In this document: in pieces, positions 1 to 10,800 of the stretch
Position numbering within the stretch: position 1 is the first letter of the stretch
How the letters are laid out: each line of letters begins with the position of its first letter
NCBI GenBank assembly: GCA_965248925.1
Contig: CBDFLE010000006.1
Location: 4,096,001-4,160,000 of the forward strand
Origin: Candidatus Multivoradales bacterium
GTDB taxonomy: Bacteria > Acidobacteriota > Thermoanaerobaculia > Multivoradales > J023
DNA: 64,000 nt
Reading direction: 5' to 3'
Notes under the pieces: model-generated
Databases searched by the model: none
What the model saw: the letters and a program-made list of their open reading frames with translations, nothing else
What the model was told of the DNA's origin: nothing
Made by a program: the position numbers and the translations under genes

Positions 1-877
1 CGGGACCGGTGGGCTCACAGCGGAACTCGACCTCGATCGGCGTTCCTGCCTCGACCTCCACCGTACGGTCGAGGGGAAAGACGTAGCGGCCCCAATGGGT
101 GTCAGGAGCGTCGGGAGCGTTGGTCAGCGGCGGGCTGCCGTACATCTCGGCGGAGAACCAGGTGGCCAGAGCCGAGAATTGGCGTGGCTCGCCGCTGGCG
201 ATGAAGCTCAGGTTGGCGGCGTGCACCTCGCCTGCTTGTTCGAGACTGACGGTGTAGGGATCGTTGGTCCACATCTCCTGTGGTGGCGCCAGCAGCGAGC
301 CCTGGCGGACGTTGTGGCGGTTCATGAACATACCGTGGACGCTCATATCGCCGATCGCCCGCAAGTCGAGCCCATGGGGCCGTGATTCCCAATAGTCGAG
401 TTCGTCGGCGAGGTCACCGTCCCAGACCGGCGCCAAGTAGGCGTTCAACCGGCCGGGAATGATGATGCCCCCCTCCTTGAGAAATTTCTGGCGCGCGATG
501 GCGAGCAGGCCGAGCATATTCTCGTCCATGCCAAAGCCGCCCATCCACTCGGAGATCAACACATCGACCCGCGCCGGTAAGCGAATCTTCTCCAGGTCGT
601 CGTAGATCACATCGACCTGGTGGTCGACGCCGTTGTGCTGCGCCAGCTGGCGCGCCAAGTAGCTGATCTGGGTGCGTTCTACCGCGTAGACCTTGCGCGC
701 CCCGGCGCGGGCGGCAAAGAGGCTCAAGATGCCGCTGCCGGCGCCGACATCGAGCACCGTGGCGCCGGGTTCCACGGCGGCCATGATGGCGCGTTCAAAG
801 GCCTCGTTGCGCACTTTGTCGAGCAGCATCATGCGATGCAAAGAGATATCGGCGTAGAGCTCGTAGTCGTAGGTCAT
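1..877 (-). CDS. Protein arginine N-methyltransferase-like (PRMT) SAM-dependent methyltransferase, 3' end runs off the window
   Basis: Manual translation from ATG at 877 (absent from the ORF track because it is open-ended): MTYDYELYADISLHRMMLLDKVRNEAF...VLDVGAGSGILSLFAARAGARKVYAVE...VDVLISEWMGGFGMDE...THW (92-100), all in one frame. Confidence 0.85.
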   Translation of the reverse strand, partial: MTYDYELYADISLHRMMLLDKVRNEAFERAIMAAVEPGATVLDVGAGSGILSLFAARAGARKVYAVERTQISYLARQLAQHNGVDHQVDVIYDDLEKIRLPARVDVLISEWMGGFGMDENMLGLLAIARQKFLKEGGIIIPGRLNAYLAPVWDGDLADELDYWESRPHGLDLRAIGDMSVHGMFMNRHNVRQGSLLAPPQEMWTNDPYTVSLEQAGEVHAANLSFIASGEPRQFSALATWFSAEMYGSPPLTNAPDAPDTHWGRYVFPLDRTVEVEAGTPIEVEFRCEPTGP

Positions 878-1315
878 GCTATTGGGCGCTCACTTCGCTA
901 GGGCTCATCCGCAGCCAAGCTGCGGGCCTTTCGAAGTCGGTCATTGGTCTTTTTGTTTGGATTCGGACACGGCCGAGTGATAGAAACACTATATGCGACT
1001 TGGAGCGCTACGCCACGCACGAGTTGATATGGAATCGAGTTCTTATGGATGTGCGGTCGCCGCCGCGAGTCGCTGGCGGCGATCTGGAGTTGCGGTTGTT
1101 TCCTCAGCCCCTTGGCCGGGGCGGTCGAGGCCAAGACCCTTTTGGTCGACTTCGATGGTGCGACTATCTCGGCCTTGAGGTGGACGGGGTCTTTAGCAGT
1201 GCCGACGACGTCGATGTCGATTTCGGCGTCGATCAATTCGTCAACACCGAGGGCTAGTCCCCAAGAGACCGAGCCAAACCACTTAGTCTTCGTGGCAGGC
1301 ACGACCGGCGCCGCA

Positions 1316-1390
1316 TTACACCCTGGTCGATCTGGCGGATGGGCGGTGGATGTTGTCCGGAACACTGCGAACTTGGATCATAGTGGACAT
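1316..1390 (-). pseudogene. Remnant of a ribbon-helix-helix (FitA-like) antitoxin N-terminus
   Basis: MSTMIQVRSVPDNIHR then stop after 24 aa; resembles the start of RHH antitoxins. Confidence 0.35.
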
Positions 1391-1477
1391 GCTTTCAGCA
1401 AATCTTCATCTGTGGAACTTGTCAAGCTGAACTGAACTCCCTGTCCGCTGCCGCCGGTTTGAGTTGCTGTATGCCGG

Positions 1478-2494
1478 TCACCCGCCGCCGAAGTGTTCTT
1501 GCCAAGCGGCAGTCAGCGTGCTGAAAGTGTCGGCCATGGTGGGTAGCGGCAGGTTGCGGACGCGGGCATAGTGGCTCGCCGGCAGTTTGTTGCGGGCGAT
1601 TTCGGCGGGGGTGGCGCTGAGCAGGATCGGTTGCAAGTAGGTGCCAGCCAAGAGGCCTTGGGTGGTCGGCTCGATCAGCCAATCGAGGTATCTCTTGGCG
1701 GCTTCTGGGTGGGGGGCGGCGCTGGCCAGGCCGGCGACCGTGAGGTGCTTGAAGGAGCCGTCGCGAGGAATAATCACCCGCACGGGGGCGCCACTTTCGC
1801 GCAGCCGGTAGCCATCGGCGTCGAGGCCGATCCAAACGCCAATTTCGCCCTTCGCCAGAGCGCTTTCGGCAACGGCGGGGCTTAGTGCCCTGGCTCCGTT
1901 TTGGTGTAGCTCCTTGAGATAGGCGAGGCCGGGTTCGAGGTCTTCCGCGCTGCCGCCGAGCAGCTGATTGATGCCGAATAGGAAGGTGTAGCCGGAACCG
2001 CCGCCGCGCGGATCTTCGTAGGCCACCTGGCCGCGGAAAGGTGGTCGGCCGAGATCTTGCCAGCTTCCCGGTAGGGTGACCTTGCCCAAAGCGCCTTGGT
2101 GCACCACCAGCGCCACGGTAGCGATGTGGACTGTGAACCAATGGCCGCCGCGGTCGCGATAGCCGGCCGGCACAGTTGCCAGGCCGACTGGGTTGTAGGG
2201 CTCGAAGAGGCCCTCGCGGGTAGCCAGTACAGCGCTGGTTCCCGGCAGCAGAAGGCAATCCGCGGTACTGGCAGGGGGTTTTGCGGTGAGCTGTAGCAGG
2301 ACCTGGGTGGGGGCTGAGGGGCTGCCGGCGAGGCGATGGCCGCTGGTTTCTTCAAACCCTGCCCGCAGCTGGTTCCAGACCTCCGTCGCGCCGTAGCCCT
2401 GCTGCACGATGAAAGCGGCGGGAGCAGCTTGGGGTCGTAGGCTGAGCCCGGTGGCCAGCAGAATCAGCACGGCTAGAGTCATGGTGCGTCGCAT
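1478..2494 (-). CDS. ABC transporter substrate-binding protein (Fe3+/thiamine/phosphonate-like family)
   Basis: Signal peptide; typical segments EGLFEPY, PGSWQDL, DPRGGGSG, KGEIGVWI, APHPEAAKRYLDWL; no adjacent permease or ATPase. Confidence 0.8.
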   Translation of the reverse strand: MRRTMTLAVLILLATGLSLRPQAAPAAFIVQQGYGATEVWNQLRAGFEETSGHRLAGSPSAPTQVLLQLTAKPPASTADCLLLPGTSAVLATREGLFEPYNPVGLATVPAGYRDRGGHWFTVHIATVALVVHQGALGKVTLPGSWQDLGRPPFRGQVAYEDPRGGGSGYTFLFGINQLLGGSAEDLEPGLAYLKELHQNGARALSPAVAESALAKGEIGVWIGLDADGYRLRESGAPVRVIIPRDGSFKHLTVAGLASAAPHPEAAKRYLDWLIEPTTQGLLAGTYLQPILLSATPAEIARNKLPASHYARVRNLPLPTMADTFSTLTAAWQEHFGGG

Positions 2495-2702
2495 GGTCTG
2501 TCCCCTTCTTGCATCCGGCTTGCATCCGGCTGAGCTGCCGGACGCGCCTAGTGTACTGCTGCTGCCGCGGGCCGGCGAGCGCGCCGCGATCTGATACTCT
2601 TGTCGGACTCATTCACCGCAGATTTTTGCCCAGCCTGACTCGGTGCCGCGGTGTCGTAGCAGCGTCGCAAGAGTTGGGCTTGGCCCAGGAGGTTAGCCGA
2701 CC

Positions 2703-3728
2703 GTGTCTCAAAGTCCGTTTGGCGATCAGATCAACATTCCTCGCTTCGATCCACCGAAGATTCCCCGCCGCACGCTGGTGCTTGTTTTCGCCGCGATTCT
2801 GGCGTTGGCGGTCTTATCGAGCGCTTTCTACAAGATAGACCCGGAAGAGGTCGGGGTGGTGATGCGTTTTGGCAAGCACATCACCACCACCGGCCCGGGG
2901 CTGCATTTCAAGTTGCCCGACCCGCTCGACAAGGTGATCCACGTCCCCACCCAGCGTCAGCTCACTGGCGAGTTCGGTTTCCGCACCCAGAAAGCGGGGG
3001 TGCGCAGCCAATTCACCAACAAGGGGTATCAGGCCGAGTCGAGCATGCTGACCGGTGATCTCAACACCGCCGTGGTCGAGTGGGTGATCCAGTACCGGAT
3101 CATCGATCCGGTGAAATTCTTGTTCACGGTGCGCAATCCGATCCCCACTTTCCGCGACATGAGCGAGGCGGTGATGCGCGAGGTAGTGGGTGATCGGACG
3201 GTCAACGAGGTGCTCACTGTCGGCCGTCAAGAGGTCAGCTCAGTGGTGCATCAGAAGCTGCAAGCATTGTGCGCACAATACGAGATCGGCCTACAAGTGG
3301 AGCAGGTGCTGCTGCAGGATGTCACCCCGCCGGATCCGGTGAAGCCGGCCTTCAACGAGGTCAACCAAGCCGAGCAGGAGAAAGAGAAGCTGATCAACCA
3401 AGCACAGTCGGAGTACAACAAGGTGGTGCCGCGCGCCCGTGGTGAGGCGCAGCAGACCATCCTCGCCGCCGAGGGCTATGCCCTCGATCGGGTCAACCGG
3501 GCCGAGGGTGAGGCGGCGCGCTTCAATTCTCTCTACCAGGAGTTCCGCAAGGCGCCTGAGGTGACCCGCAAGCGGATCTACCTTGAGACCATGGGCGAGA
3601 TTCTGCCGCGCGCCGGGCGCAAGGTCATCGTCGACGACTCGGTGCGCGGCCTACTGCCGCTGCTCAATTTGGCACCCCCTGCCAGCCGCGCACAACGGTC
3701 TCTAGCGAACACCGGAGGTGAAGGATGA
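2703..3728 (+). CDS. hflK: FtsH protease modulator HflK (SPFH domain)
   Basis: N-terminal TM helix, GVVMRFGK, PGLHFK, MLTGDLN, VPRARGEA, APEVTRKRIYLETM; overlaps hflC start. Confidence 0.93.
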   Translation: MSQSPFGDQINIPRFDPPKIPRRTLVLVFAAILALAVLSSAFYKIDPEEVGVVMRFGKHITTTGPGLHFKLPDPLDKVIHVPTQRQLTGEFGFRTQKAGVRSQFTNKGYQAESSMLTGDLNTAVVEWVIQYRIIDPVKFLFTVRNPIPTFRDMSEAVMREVVGDRTVNEVLTVGRQEVSSVVHQKLQALCAQYEIGLQVEQVLLQDVTPPDPVKPAFNEVNQAEQEKEKLINQAQSEYNKVVPRARGEAQQTILAAEGYALDRVNRAEGEAARFNSLYQEFRKAPEVTRKRIYLETMGEILPRAGRKVIVDDSVRGLLPLLNLAPPASRAQRSLANTGGEG

Positions 3729-4663
3729 AGAAATCTCCTCTGTTGATTCTCGTGTTGATCGCGGCGGCGGTGGTGCTGTTCGGCTCGGCCTACATTGTCG
3801 AGCAGTGGGAGCAGACCATCATCACCCGCTTCGGGGAGCCGGTCGGGGAGCCGGTGCAAGAGCCCGGGCTCTACTTCAAGCTGCCCCTGATCGATACCGT
3901 GCATCGCTTTGATAAGCGTTTCCTCGAATGGGACGGCAAGGTCACCGAGGCACCGACCAAAGAGAAGCAGCCCATCCTGGTCGACACCTATGCCCGCTGG
4001 CGGATCGTCGATCCGCTGCTGTTCTACCAACGGCTGAACAACGAACTCGGTGCCCAAGCGCGGCTCGACGGCCTGCTTGATGGCCCCACCCGTGACGCGG
4101 TGGCTCGCCACACCCTGGCCGAGTTGATTCGCACCTCGGACCGCGAGCCGGTGCTCGACCCAACCCAGGAGGCCGACGAGACGAGCAAATTGGAGGCCAT
4201 TAGCGTCGGCCGCGAAGCGATTCGTCAGGAAATCCTGGCCAACGCGCAGAAGGCCTCCGCGGGCCTCGGCATCGAGATTCTTGATGTGCAATTCAAGCGC
4301 ATCAACTATGTCGAAGCGGTGCGTCGCAGTGTTTTCGAGCGGATGATCGCCGAGCGTCAGCGGATTGCCGATCGCTATCGGTCCGAGGGTGAGGGCGAGG
4401 CTTCCCGGATCCGCGGTGATAAGGAGCGTGAACTCAAAAGGATCACCTCCGAAGCCTATCGCCGGGCGCAGGAAATTGTCGGTGAGGCCGACGCCGAAGC
4501 CACCGAGATCTACGCTCGGGCTTACGATCAGTCGGCTGATTCTCGGGCTTTCTACGGCTTCCTCAAGACCATGGAGAGCTACTCGAAAACAATCGACGAG
4601 GATACCTGGCTGGTGATGTCGACCGAAGCCGAATTCTACCGTTACTTGCAGAAGAGTCGGTAA
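3725..4663 (+). CDS. hflC: FtsH protease modulator HflC (SPFH domain)
   Basis: IITRFGEP, PGLYFKLP, VDTYARWRIVDPLLFY, RMIAERQRIA, FYGFLKTMESY; paired with hflK. Confidence 0.93.
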   Translation: MKKSPLLILVLIAAAVVLFGSAYIVEQWEQTIITRFGEPVGEPVQEPGLYFKLPLIDTVHRFDKRFLEWDGKVTEAPTKEKQPILVDTYARWRIVDPLLFYQRLNNELGAQARLDGLLDGPTRDAVARHTLAELIRTSDREPVLDPTQEADETSKLEAISVGREAIRQEILANAQKASAGLGIEILDVQFKRINYVEAVRRSVFERMIAERQRIADRYRSEGEGEASRIRGDKERELKRITSEAYRRAQEIVGEADAEATEIYARAYDQSADSRAFYGFLKTMESYSKTIDEDTWLVMSTEAEFYRYLQKSR

Positions 4664-4694
4664 GGACCGGCCGACTAGCACCGGGGGACCGCGC

Positions 4695-6302
4695 ATGGAT
4701 AAAGCGATCAGCTTGTTGGGCCTCGTCGTCATCATGGGAATTGCCTGGGTGTTTTCCAAGCATCGTCGGCGGGTCAATCTCCACACCGTAGTCTGGGGCG
4801 TTGGCTTGCAGCTCTTGCTGGCGGTGGTGATCTTGCGTAGCGGCACGGCGTCATTCGTCGCCATGTTCGTGCTCGCTGCGTTAGTGGTGATCTACCTGCT
4901 CACCGCCGAAGTTGAAGAACGTGGCTGGAGCCAGCTCCAAGCATTGCTGGTGGCGGTGGTCGGGGCCGCTGGGCTGGTGGCTTTGGGCAGGGTTCTCTAC
5001 GCCTATAGAGTCACCGAGCTATTGATCGCCGTGGCGGTGGTATTGATGGTGTTGGGGGGCTGGAGCGAGCGGCCGCAGTGGGTGCGCTGGGGCATGGCCT
5101 CGGCGTTGCCTTTGGGGGTGGCGGCGTTGTGGGAGCGTGGCATCGATGGGCGGGAGTTATTCCAAGGGCTGTCAGACCGGGTGTCCGGGTTCCTCAATCT
5201 CTCCACCTTGGGCTCGGAGTTCCTCTTTGGCAACTTGGTCAAGGCGGAGTATTGGTTCCCGGCCGCAGGCGACAGCTACTGGCCTGGGTTCGGCGTGCAG
5301 TTCGCCTTTGCCGTGCTGCCGACGATCATCTTCTTTTCCGCCTTCATCGCGGTGATGTATCACCTTGGGGTAGTGCAAGTGGTGATCACGGCGATGGCCC
5401 GCTTCATGCGTTGGAGCATGAAGACCAGCGGCTCTGAGACCGTGTCGTGTTCGGCCAACGTTTTTGTCGGTCAGACCGAGGCGCCATTTCTAGTTAAGCC
5501 CTTCCTCGAAGGGATGACCACGTCAGAGTTACACGCCATCATGGTCGGCGGTTTCGCCACCGTGGCGGGTGGGGTGCTGGCAGGTTATATCCAGATGGGG
5601 GTCAATCCCGGCCACCTTATTGCCGCCAGCGTTATGTCGGCGCCGGCGGCGTTGGTGATCGCCAAGCTGCTCTATCCCGAGACCGAGCAATCGGCGACCG
5701 CCGGTGATGTAGAGCTGCCCAATTTACGTACCGCCGACAACGTGGTCGGTGCGGCCGCCAACGGCACTACCGATGGTCTCAAGCTGGCCTTGAATGTCGG
5801 TGCCATGTTGATCGCCTTTATTGCTCTGATCGGTTTCCTCGACGTGTTGTTGGGCTTTGCCGATGGTTGGGTCGATGGCCGTTTGCTGGGCGGTTCGTTG
5901 GTGCAGTCAAGCGGCGAGTATGCGGGTATTTTTCCCGGCTCGATGAAAACTTTGTTTGGCACTGTGCTGCGGCCCTTGGCGTTCATCATGGGGGTGCCGT
6001 GGGAGGATTCGGCGGCGGTGGGTAATCTGCTCGGCGTCAAGCTGACAGTCAACGAATTCGTAGCCTACGGTTTCCTCGGCGAGGCGATCAACAACGGCGA
6101 GATGGGCGAGCGGGCTCAGATCATCTCCACCTACGCGCTGTGCGGGTTTGCTAATTTCTCGTCGATCGGCATCCAGATTGGCGGTCTTGGTTCGGTGGCT
6201 CCGGGGCGGCGGTCGGATTTGGCGAAGATCGGTGTGCGGGCGATGTTCGGTGGCGCCCTGGCCTCCTTCATGACTGCCACCGTGGCTGGCATCTTGCTCT
6301 AG
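4695..6302 (+). CDS. nupC: Concentrative Na+/H+ nucleoside transporter (NupC/CNT family) with extra N-terminal TM segments
   Basis: FAFAVLPTIIFFS, ANVFVGQTEAP, GGFATVAGGV, AASVMSAPA, NEFVAY, YALCGFANFSSIGIQIGG motifs. Confidence 0.9.
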   Translation: MDKAISLLGLVVIMGIAWVFSKHRRRVNLHTVVWGVGLQLLLAVVILRSGTASFVAMFVLAALVVIYLLTAEVEERGWSQLQALLVAVVGAAGLVALGRVLYAYRVTELLIAVAVVLMVLGGWSERPQWVRWGMASALPLGVAALWERGIDGRELFQGLSDRVSGFLNLSTLGSEFLFGNLVKAEYWFPAAGDSYWPGFGVQFAFAVLPTIIFFSAFIAVMYHLGVVQVVITAMARFMRWSMKTSGSETVSCSANVFVGQTEAPFLVKPFLEGMTTSELHAIMVGGFATVAGGVLAGYIQMGVNPGHLIAASVMSAPAALVIAKLLYPETEQSATAGDVELPNLRTADNVVGAAANGTTDGLKLALNVGAMLIAFIALIGFLDVLLGFADGWVDGRLLGGSLVQSSGEYAGIFPGSMKTLFGTVLRPLAFIMGVPWEDSAAVGNLLGVKLTVNEFVAYGFLGEAINNGEMGERAQIISTYALCGFANFSSIGIQIGGLGSVAPGRRSDLAKIGVRAMFGGALASFMTATVAGILL

Positions 6303-6305
6303 ACG

Positions 6306-7820
6306 ATGGTGGCCCGCGCGGTGATCGGAGGGCTGTTCGCCGGCTGCACTTTGCTCTTTGGGCTGAGCCTGGTGCCGCCGCTGTTTGCTGATTCGGCGCA
6401 CGCGGTGGGGCTCACGGTAGTGCCCAGAGTGGCACTTGAGGTGGTGCCTGCGTCGCTGACCGCGGCGGTCAAACTCAAAGTGACCGCGGCGCGTAAGGTG
6501 GCGCCGGCTCTGGGGGTGCATGTAATGCGGGTCGCTGACGGTGCCCACGTCTATGGCTTTCGCGCCGATCAGCTGCGTATTGCCGCCTCTAACACCAAGC
6601 TCTTCACCTCGGCGGCGGCTCTAGACCGTCTGGGACCTGGCTACTTTTTCGAGACCCAAATACTGCTTCGCGGCGAGTTGGACGGGGGGGCTCTTGGGGG
6701 CGACCTGGCGATCGTCGGCGGTGGTGATCCCAATATCTCCGGTCGTCACTATGCCGGCGATTCCTTCGGCGCCTTCCGCGAATGGGCGCGGGCCTTGGAC
6801 CGTTTCGGCATTTCCAGGATCTCCGGCGATCTATACCTGATCCACGGTTTTCTCGATCGCCAATACCACCATCCGAGCTGGCCCCGGGAGCAGCAAGATC
6901 GCTGGTACGAGGCGCCGGTGGCGGCGTTGGCCTTCAACGACAGCTGCACCTTGGCCAAAGTGCATCCCGGCGATCGAGCGGGTGTTCGGGCACTGACCGA
7001 GCTGGTGCCGCCTTTGGGGCTCTATCCGGTGGACTCGACCGTGCTGACCAGCTCCAAGGGCCGCCAGGTCAGCGTTGGGCGGGCCGCCGGCCAGAAGCGC
7101 ATCGTGGTCAGCGGCCGCATTGGCAAGGGGCGTCTGTCCTACGACGAGTGGGTGGCGGTGCCCGATCCGCTGGAATATTTTGGCGTCGCCTTGATCCACG
7201 CACTCAGCGAAGAAGGCATCCAGCTCGATGGCCGGTTGCTACTCACCGCCGAGGTGCCAGCGGGGCACTGGCGGCGCTTGCTGACCCACCGTAGCGATCT
7301 GCTGAGCACCCTCGAGATCGTCAACAAGCGGAGCCAGAATTTCTACGCCGAGAGTGTTTTCAAGACCCTGGGCAAGCAGGCCTGTGGTGATGGTAGTTGG
7401 GCCGGTGGCCAGCGAGCGGTGAAGGAATTTTTGACCGCTGTAGGTATCGAAGAAGATACCTACCAGATTGCCGATGGATCGGGGATGAGCCGCGGCAACC
7501 GCTTCGCGCCAAGCCAGGTCACCACCTTGCTGCGCCACATGTACAACCAACACCGTTGGGGGCAGGAGTATCTACGCACCTTACCCTACAGCGGCGAGTT
7601 CGGCCTGGGCTGGGCCAAGCGTCTAGCCAAGCCGCCCTACCGTGGCAACGTCTTCGCCAAGACCGGCACGCTGAGCGGTGTCTCGGCCCTGTCGGGATTC
7701 GCCAAAGGGCGCTCCGGCGACCTCTATGTTTTCTCGATTCTGATGAACTCGACCCGCTCAGCCTGGCAAGCCCGCAATGCCCAGGACCGCATCGTCGAGG
7801 CGTTGATCGACGGCGGATGA
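6306..7820 (+). CDS. dacB: D-alanyl-D-alanine carboxypeptidase/endopeptidase PBP4 (peptidase S13)
   Basis: SxxK (ASNTK), SxN (SQN), DGSGMSR and KTG (AKTGTL) motifs. Confidence 0.92.
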   Translation: MVARAVIGGLFAGCTLLFGLSLVPPLFADSAHAVGLTVVPRVALEVVPASLTAAVKLKVTAARKVAPALGVHVMRVADGAHVYGFRADQLRIAASNTKLFTSAAALDRLGPGYFFETQILLRGELDGGALGGDLAIVGGGDPNISGRHYAGDSFGAFREWARALDRFGISRISGDLYLIHGFLDRQYHHPSWPREQQDRWYEAPVAALAFNDSCTLAKVHPGDRAGVRALTELVPPLGLYPVDSTVLTSSKGRQVSVGRAAGQKRIVVSGRIGKGRLSYDEWVAVPDPLEYFGVALIHALSEEGIQLDGRLLLTAEVPAGHWRRLLTHRSDLLSTLEIVNKRSQNFYAESVFKTLGKQACGDGSWAGGQRAVKEFLTAVGIEEDTYQIADGSGMSRGNRFAPSQVTTLLRHMYNQHRWGQEYLRTLPYSGEFGLGWAKRLAKPPYRGNVFAKTGTLSGVSALSGFAKGRSGDLYVFSILMNSTRSAWQARNAQDRIVEALIDGG

Positions 7821-7821
7821 G

Positions 7822-7893
7822 GCTGATTGAGGTGCCAGTCACATTTGTGATTGAGGTGCCTGCTGATTGAGGTGCCAGTCACATTTGTGATTG
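7822..7893. repeat. 32-bp direct repeat, two copies with a 40-bp period (REP-like)
   Basis: GCTGATTGAGGTGCCAGTCACATTTGTGATTG at 7822-7853 and 7862-7893, with a partial TGATTGAGGTGCC copy overlapping the junction. Confidence 0.85.
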
Positions 7894-10800
7894 GAGATTC
7901 GTTTCAAGACCTGATCACGGTCGCCGCGTCGAATGGCGGGACGAACGTACCGGTGACGCTGAGCTGGGGTTCGAACCTAGTGATCTCGGGTCAGACGGCA
8001 ACTGCAATCGTGGTGGCGGGCGTTGGGGGAAACCTGTTGCCGACCGATCCGGCAGGGACGCTGACCGCGTCGACGAGCCTTCCCTTCGACACCTTCAGTC
8101 TGATCTACCAAAACGGCCCGGACGACCCGATTAACGAGGGAGGGGCCGGGGTGAGCAACGGACATTCAGTGCGTATACCCGGCTTCGACTTCTGCGTCGA
8201 AGACACGCCGCCGGATCTCGAGATCGTCAAGACCGCGAGTCCGGCCGGCGCCGTGTCGCCCGGCGACACGATCACCTACACGATCGAGGTCACCAACAAC
8301 GGGCCGGGCAGCGCCACCGCCGTCACCGTCACCGACACCTTGCCCACCGGGGTCACCTACGTGCCGGGCTCGAGCTCGGCGACGTATTGGGTCGATCAGA
8401 TCACCGTCGTACCGGGCAGTTTTACCCACAACTACGGCGGCGCCACCTTCGACATCGCCGGTTTGAGCCAGACGTTCGACACCACCGGCAGCATTCCGGC
8501 CGGCGCCACGCTGACGTCGTACGAATTCACTGTCACCGGCAGCACGGTGGATTTCCTGAGCGACATCTCGTTGGCCGCGACCTATCCCGGCGGCACCGCC
8601 TATTCGTTGGCGGCCGGCAGCTTCGGCGGCGGTGGCCCGGGGGCGTTTAACGAAACCCGTGGCCCTGATCCCCTTGCAGGATCAGCCGAGGGGGTGTATC
8701 AGCTCATATGGGGAGATGTCTTCGACGGCGTCGGCGGCGACGACAACACGATCACCGCGGCGTCGTTCACCATCAACCACGAAACCACAACGGTGGGGCT
8801 AAGGCTGCGGGTGACCAATCCGTCGGCCGCGGCGCCCGGTCTGGTCACCGCCACGGTGCCCGAAGCCGGGGGCATCGATCTCGAGCCCGGCGAGACCATG
8901 ACGGTCACGTTCCAGGTCACCGTCGACGATCCGGCCCCCGGCGGCATCACCCAATTCCTTAACACCGCCGCGGCCGCGGCCACCGGCGTGCCGCCAGTCA
9001 GCGACACCGCGACCAATCCCCTCGGCGGCGCCGACGTAGCGGTGACCAAGACCTTGCTCACCCCGGGTACCTGCAGTGCGGGCCAGCAGGTGACCTACTT
9101 GGTGGCGGTGACCAACAACGGGCCGCTCGTCGCCACCAACGTGGTGGTGAGTGACACCCCATCCAACGTGATCATCCAGTGCGTCTCGAGCGCGAGCTGC
9201 GCGGCCTTCCCCTGCACCATCCCGAGCTTGGCCGTCGGTGCCACCGAGACCATCACGGTGGTGGGAGTGATCGGTGCCATCGGCGTGTTCGAGAACGCGG
9301 TGAGCGTCGCCGCCGACCAGGCCGACAGCGATCTCACCAACAACTCGGACCAAACCTCACACCTCGCCGGCAACGCGGTCAACGCGGCGTGCGAGTTCGA
9401 CAACGTGGCCTTCGTCAGCGCCGACACCAACGATCCCAAACCGGCCGATAACGTGGACGCCACGGGCAATGGTGGCTCGGCGTGTGCCGTCGACCTGGCG
9501 ATCACCAAGAGTGCGTCGCCGGATCCGGTGGCGGTGGGCGAGACCCTGACCTACACCCTGACCGTGACCAACAACGGGCCCGACGGTGCCACCTCGGTGG
9601 TGGTGACCGATCCCCTGCCGTCGCAGGTGACATTCCAGGGTGCGGTCCCGATCCAGGGTACGTGCAGCGAAGCCGGCGGCACTGTCAGCTGCAATATCGG
9701 GGACCTGGCGAACGGCGCTACGGCGACCGTCACCGTCACCGTCATCCTCGACACCACCGCTGTCTCTGACCCGCCGTGTCCGGCCGGCAGCATGAGCAAC
9801 GTGGCCACGGTCGGCGCTACCGAGTCCGATACCGACAGCGCCAATGATCAGGCCCAGATCTGCACCGCTACCCAGGCCCAGCTGCGGGTGGTCAAGAGCC
9901 TGGTCCCGAATACCGACATCGGGACCTTCGATTTGCAGATCGCCGGCGTCACCTACGCTGCGGCGGTCGGCAACGGCGGCGATACCGGCTTCCAGGGCGT
10001 CGACGCGGGCACCCCGGTGACCTTCGGGGAGCTGGCGGTGAGCCCGGCGGCGCTCAACTCCTACGACGTGATCTTCCTGTGTGTCGATGGCCATGGCGAT
10101 GTGCTGGCGACCAGCAACGAGGTGGTCACCGGTACCGGCGCCACGGCCGACGTGACGATCCCGGCGGGCGGCGCCGTCACCACGCTCGACCAGCAGGTCA
10201 CCTGCACAGTCTCCAATATCCGCAAGGCGAACATCGCGATCACCAAGAACGCGACACCGGCGGACGAGACCAACTTCGATTTCATTAGTGTCAAGAGGGT
10301 GGGCCCGGGGCCCAACCAGATCGGCGACTTCACGCTCGACGGCGAGCTGGTCGATGGCGCCGACGCCGACAGCGTCAACAACCAGCTGAGCTTCCAGGTA
10401 TCCGCCAACCGGACCTACCAGGTCACCGAGCTGGTGCCGGCGGGGTGGGAGCTGACCGATATCTCCTGTACAGACAGCACCTCCAACTCGACGGTGGACG
10501 TGGCGGGCCAAACCGCGACGCTGGTGCTCGATCCGGGCGACACGCTGGTCTGTACGTTCTTCAACCGCCAGCTGAGCCAGCTGACAGGAACGGTGTGGCT
10601 GGACGTCGACGGCGACGGTGTCGAGGACAACGGCGAGCCGGGGATCGCCGGCGTCACGGTCTTCTTGTGCGACGCGTCAACGCCGGTGTGCGATGCCGGC
10701 ACGGAGATCGCCACGGCGGTGACCGATGCCGACGGCAACTACGTGTTCCCGGATCTGATGCCCGGCAACTACCAGGTCCAGGTGGACGACACCGATCCGG

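Noticed and set aside
898-1365. 155-aa ORF or a precursor peptide for the methyltransferase
   Set aside because: No RBS, motif or consistent codon bias in any of the overlapping frames; cannot support a gene
2509-2530. 11-bp tandem TTGCATCCGGC upstream of the solute-binding protein gene
   Set aside because: Two copies only; may be an operator but nothing else supports it
7822-7893. Mini CRISPR array
   Set aside because: Only two copies with an 8-bp gap, unrelated to the real CRISPR repeat
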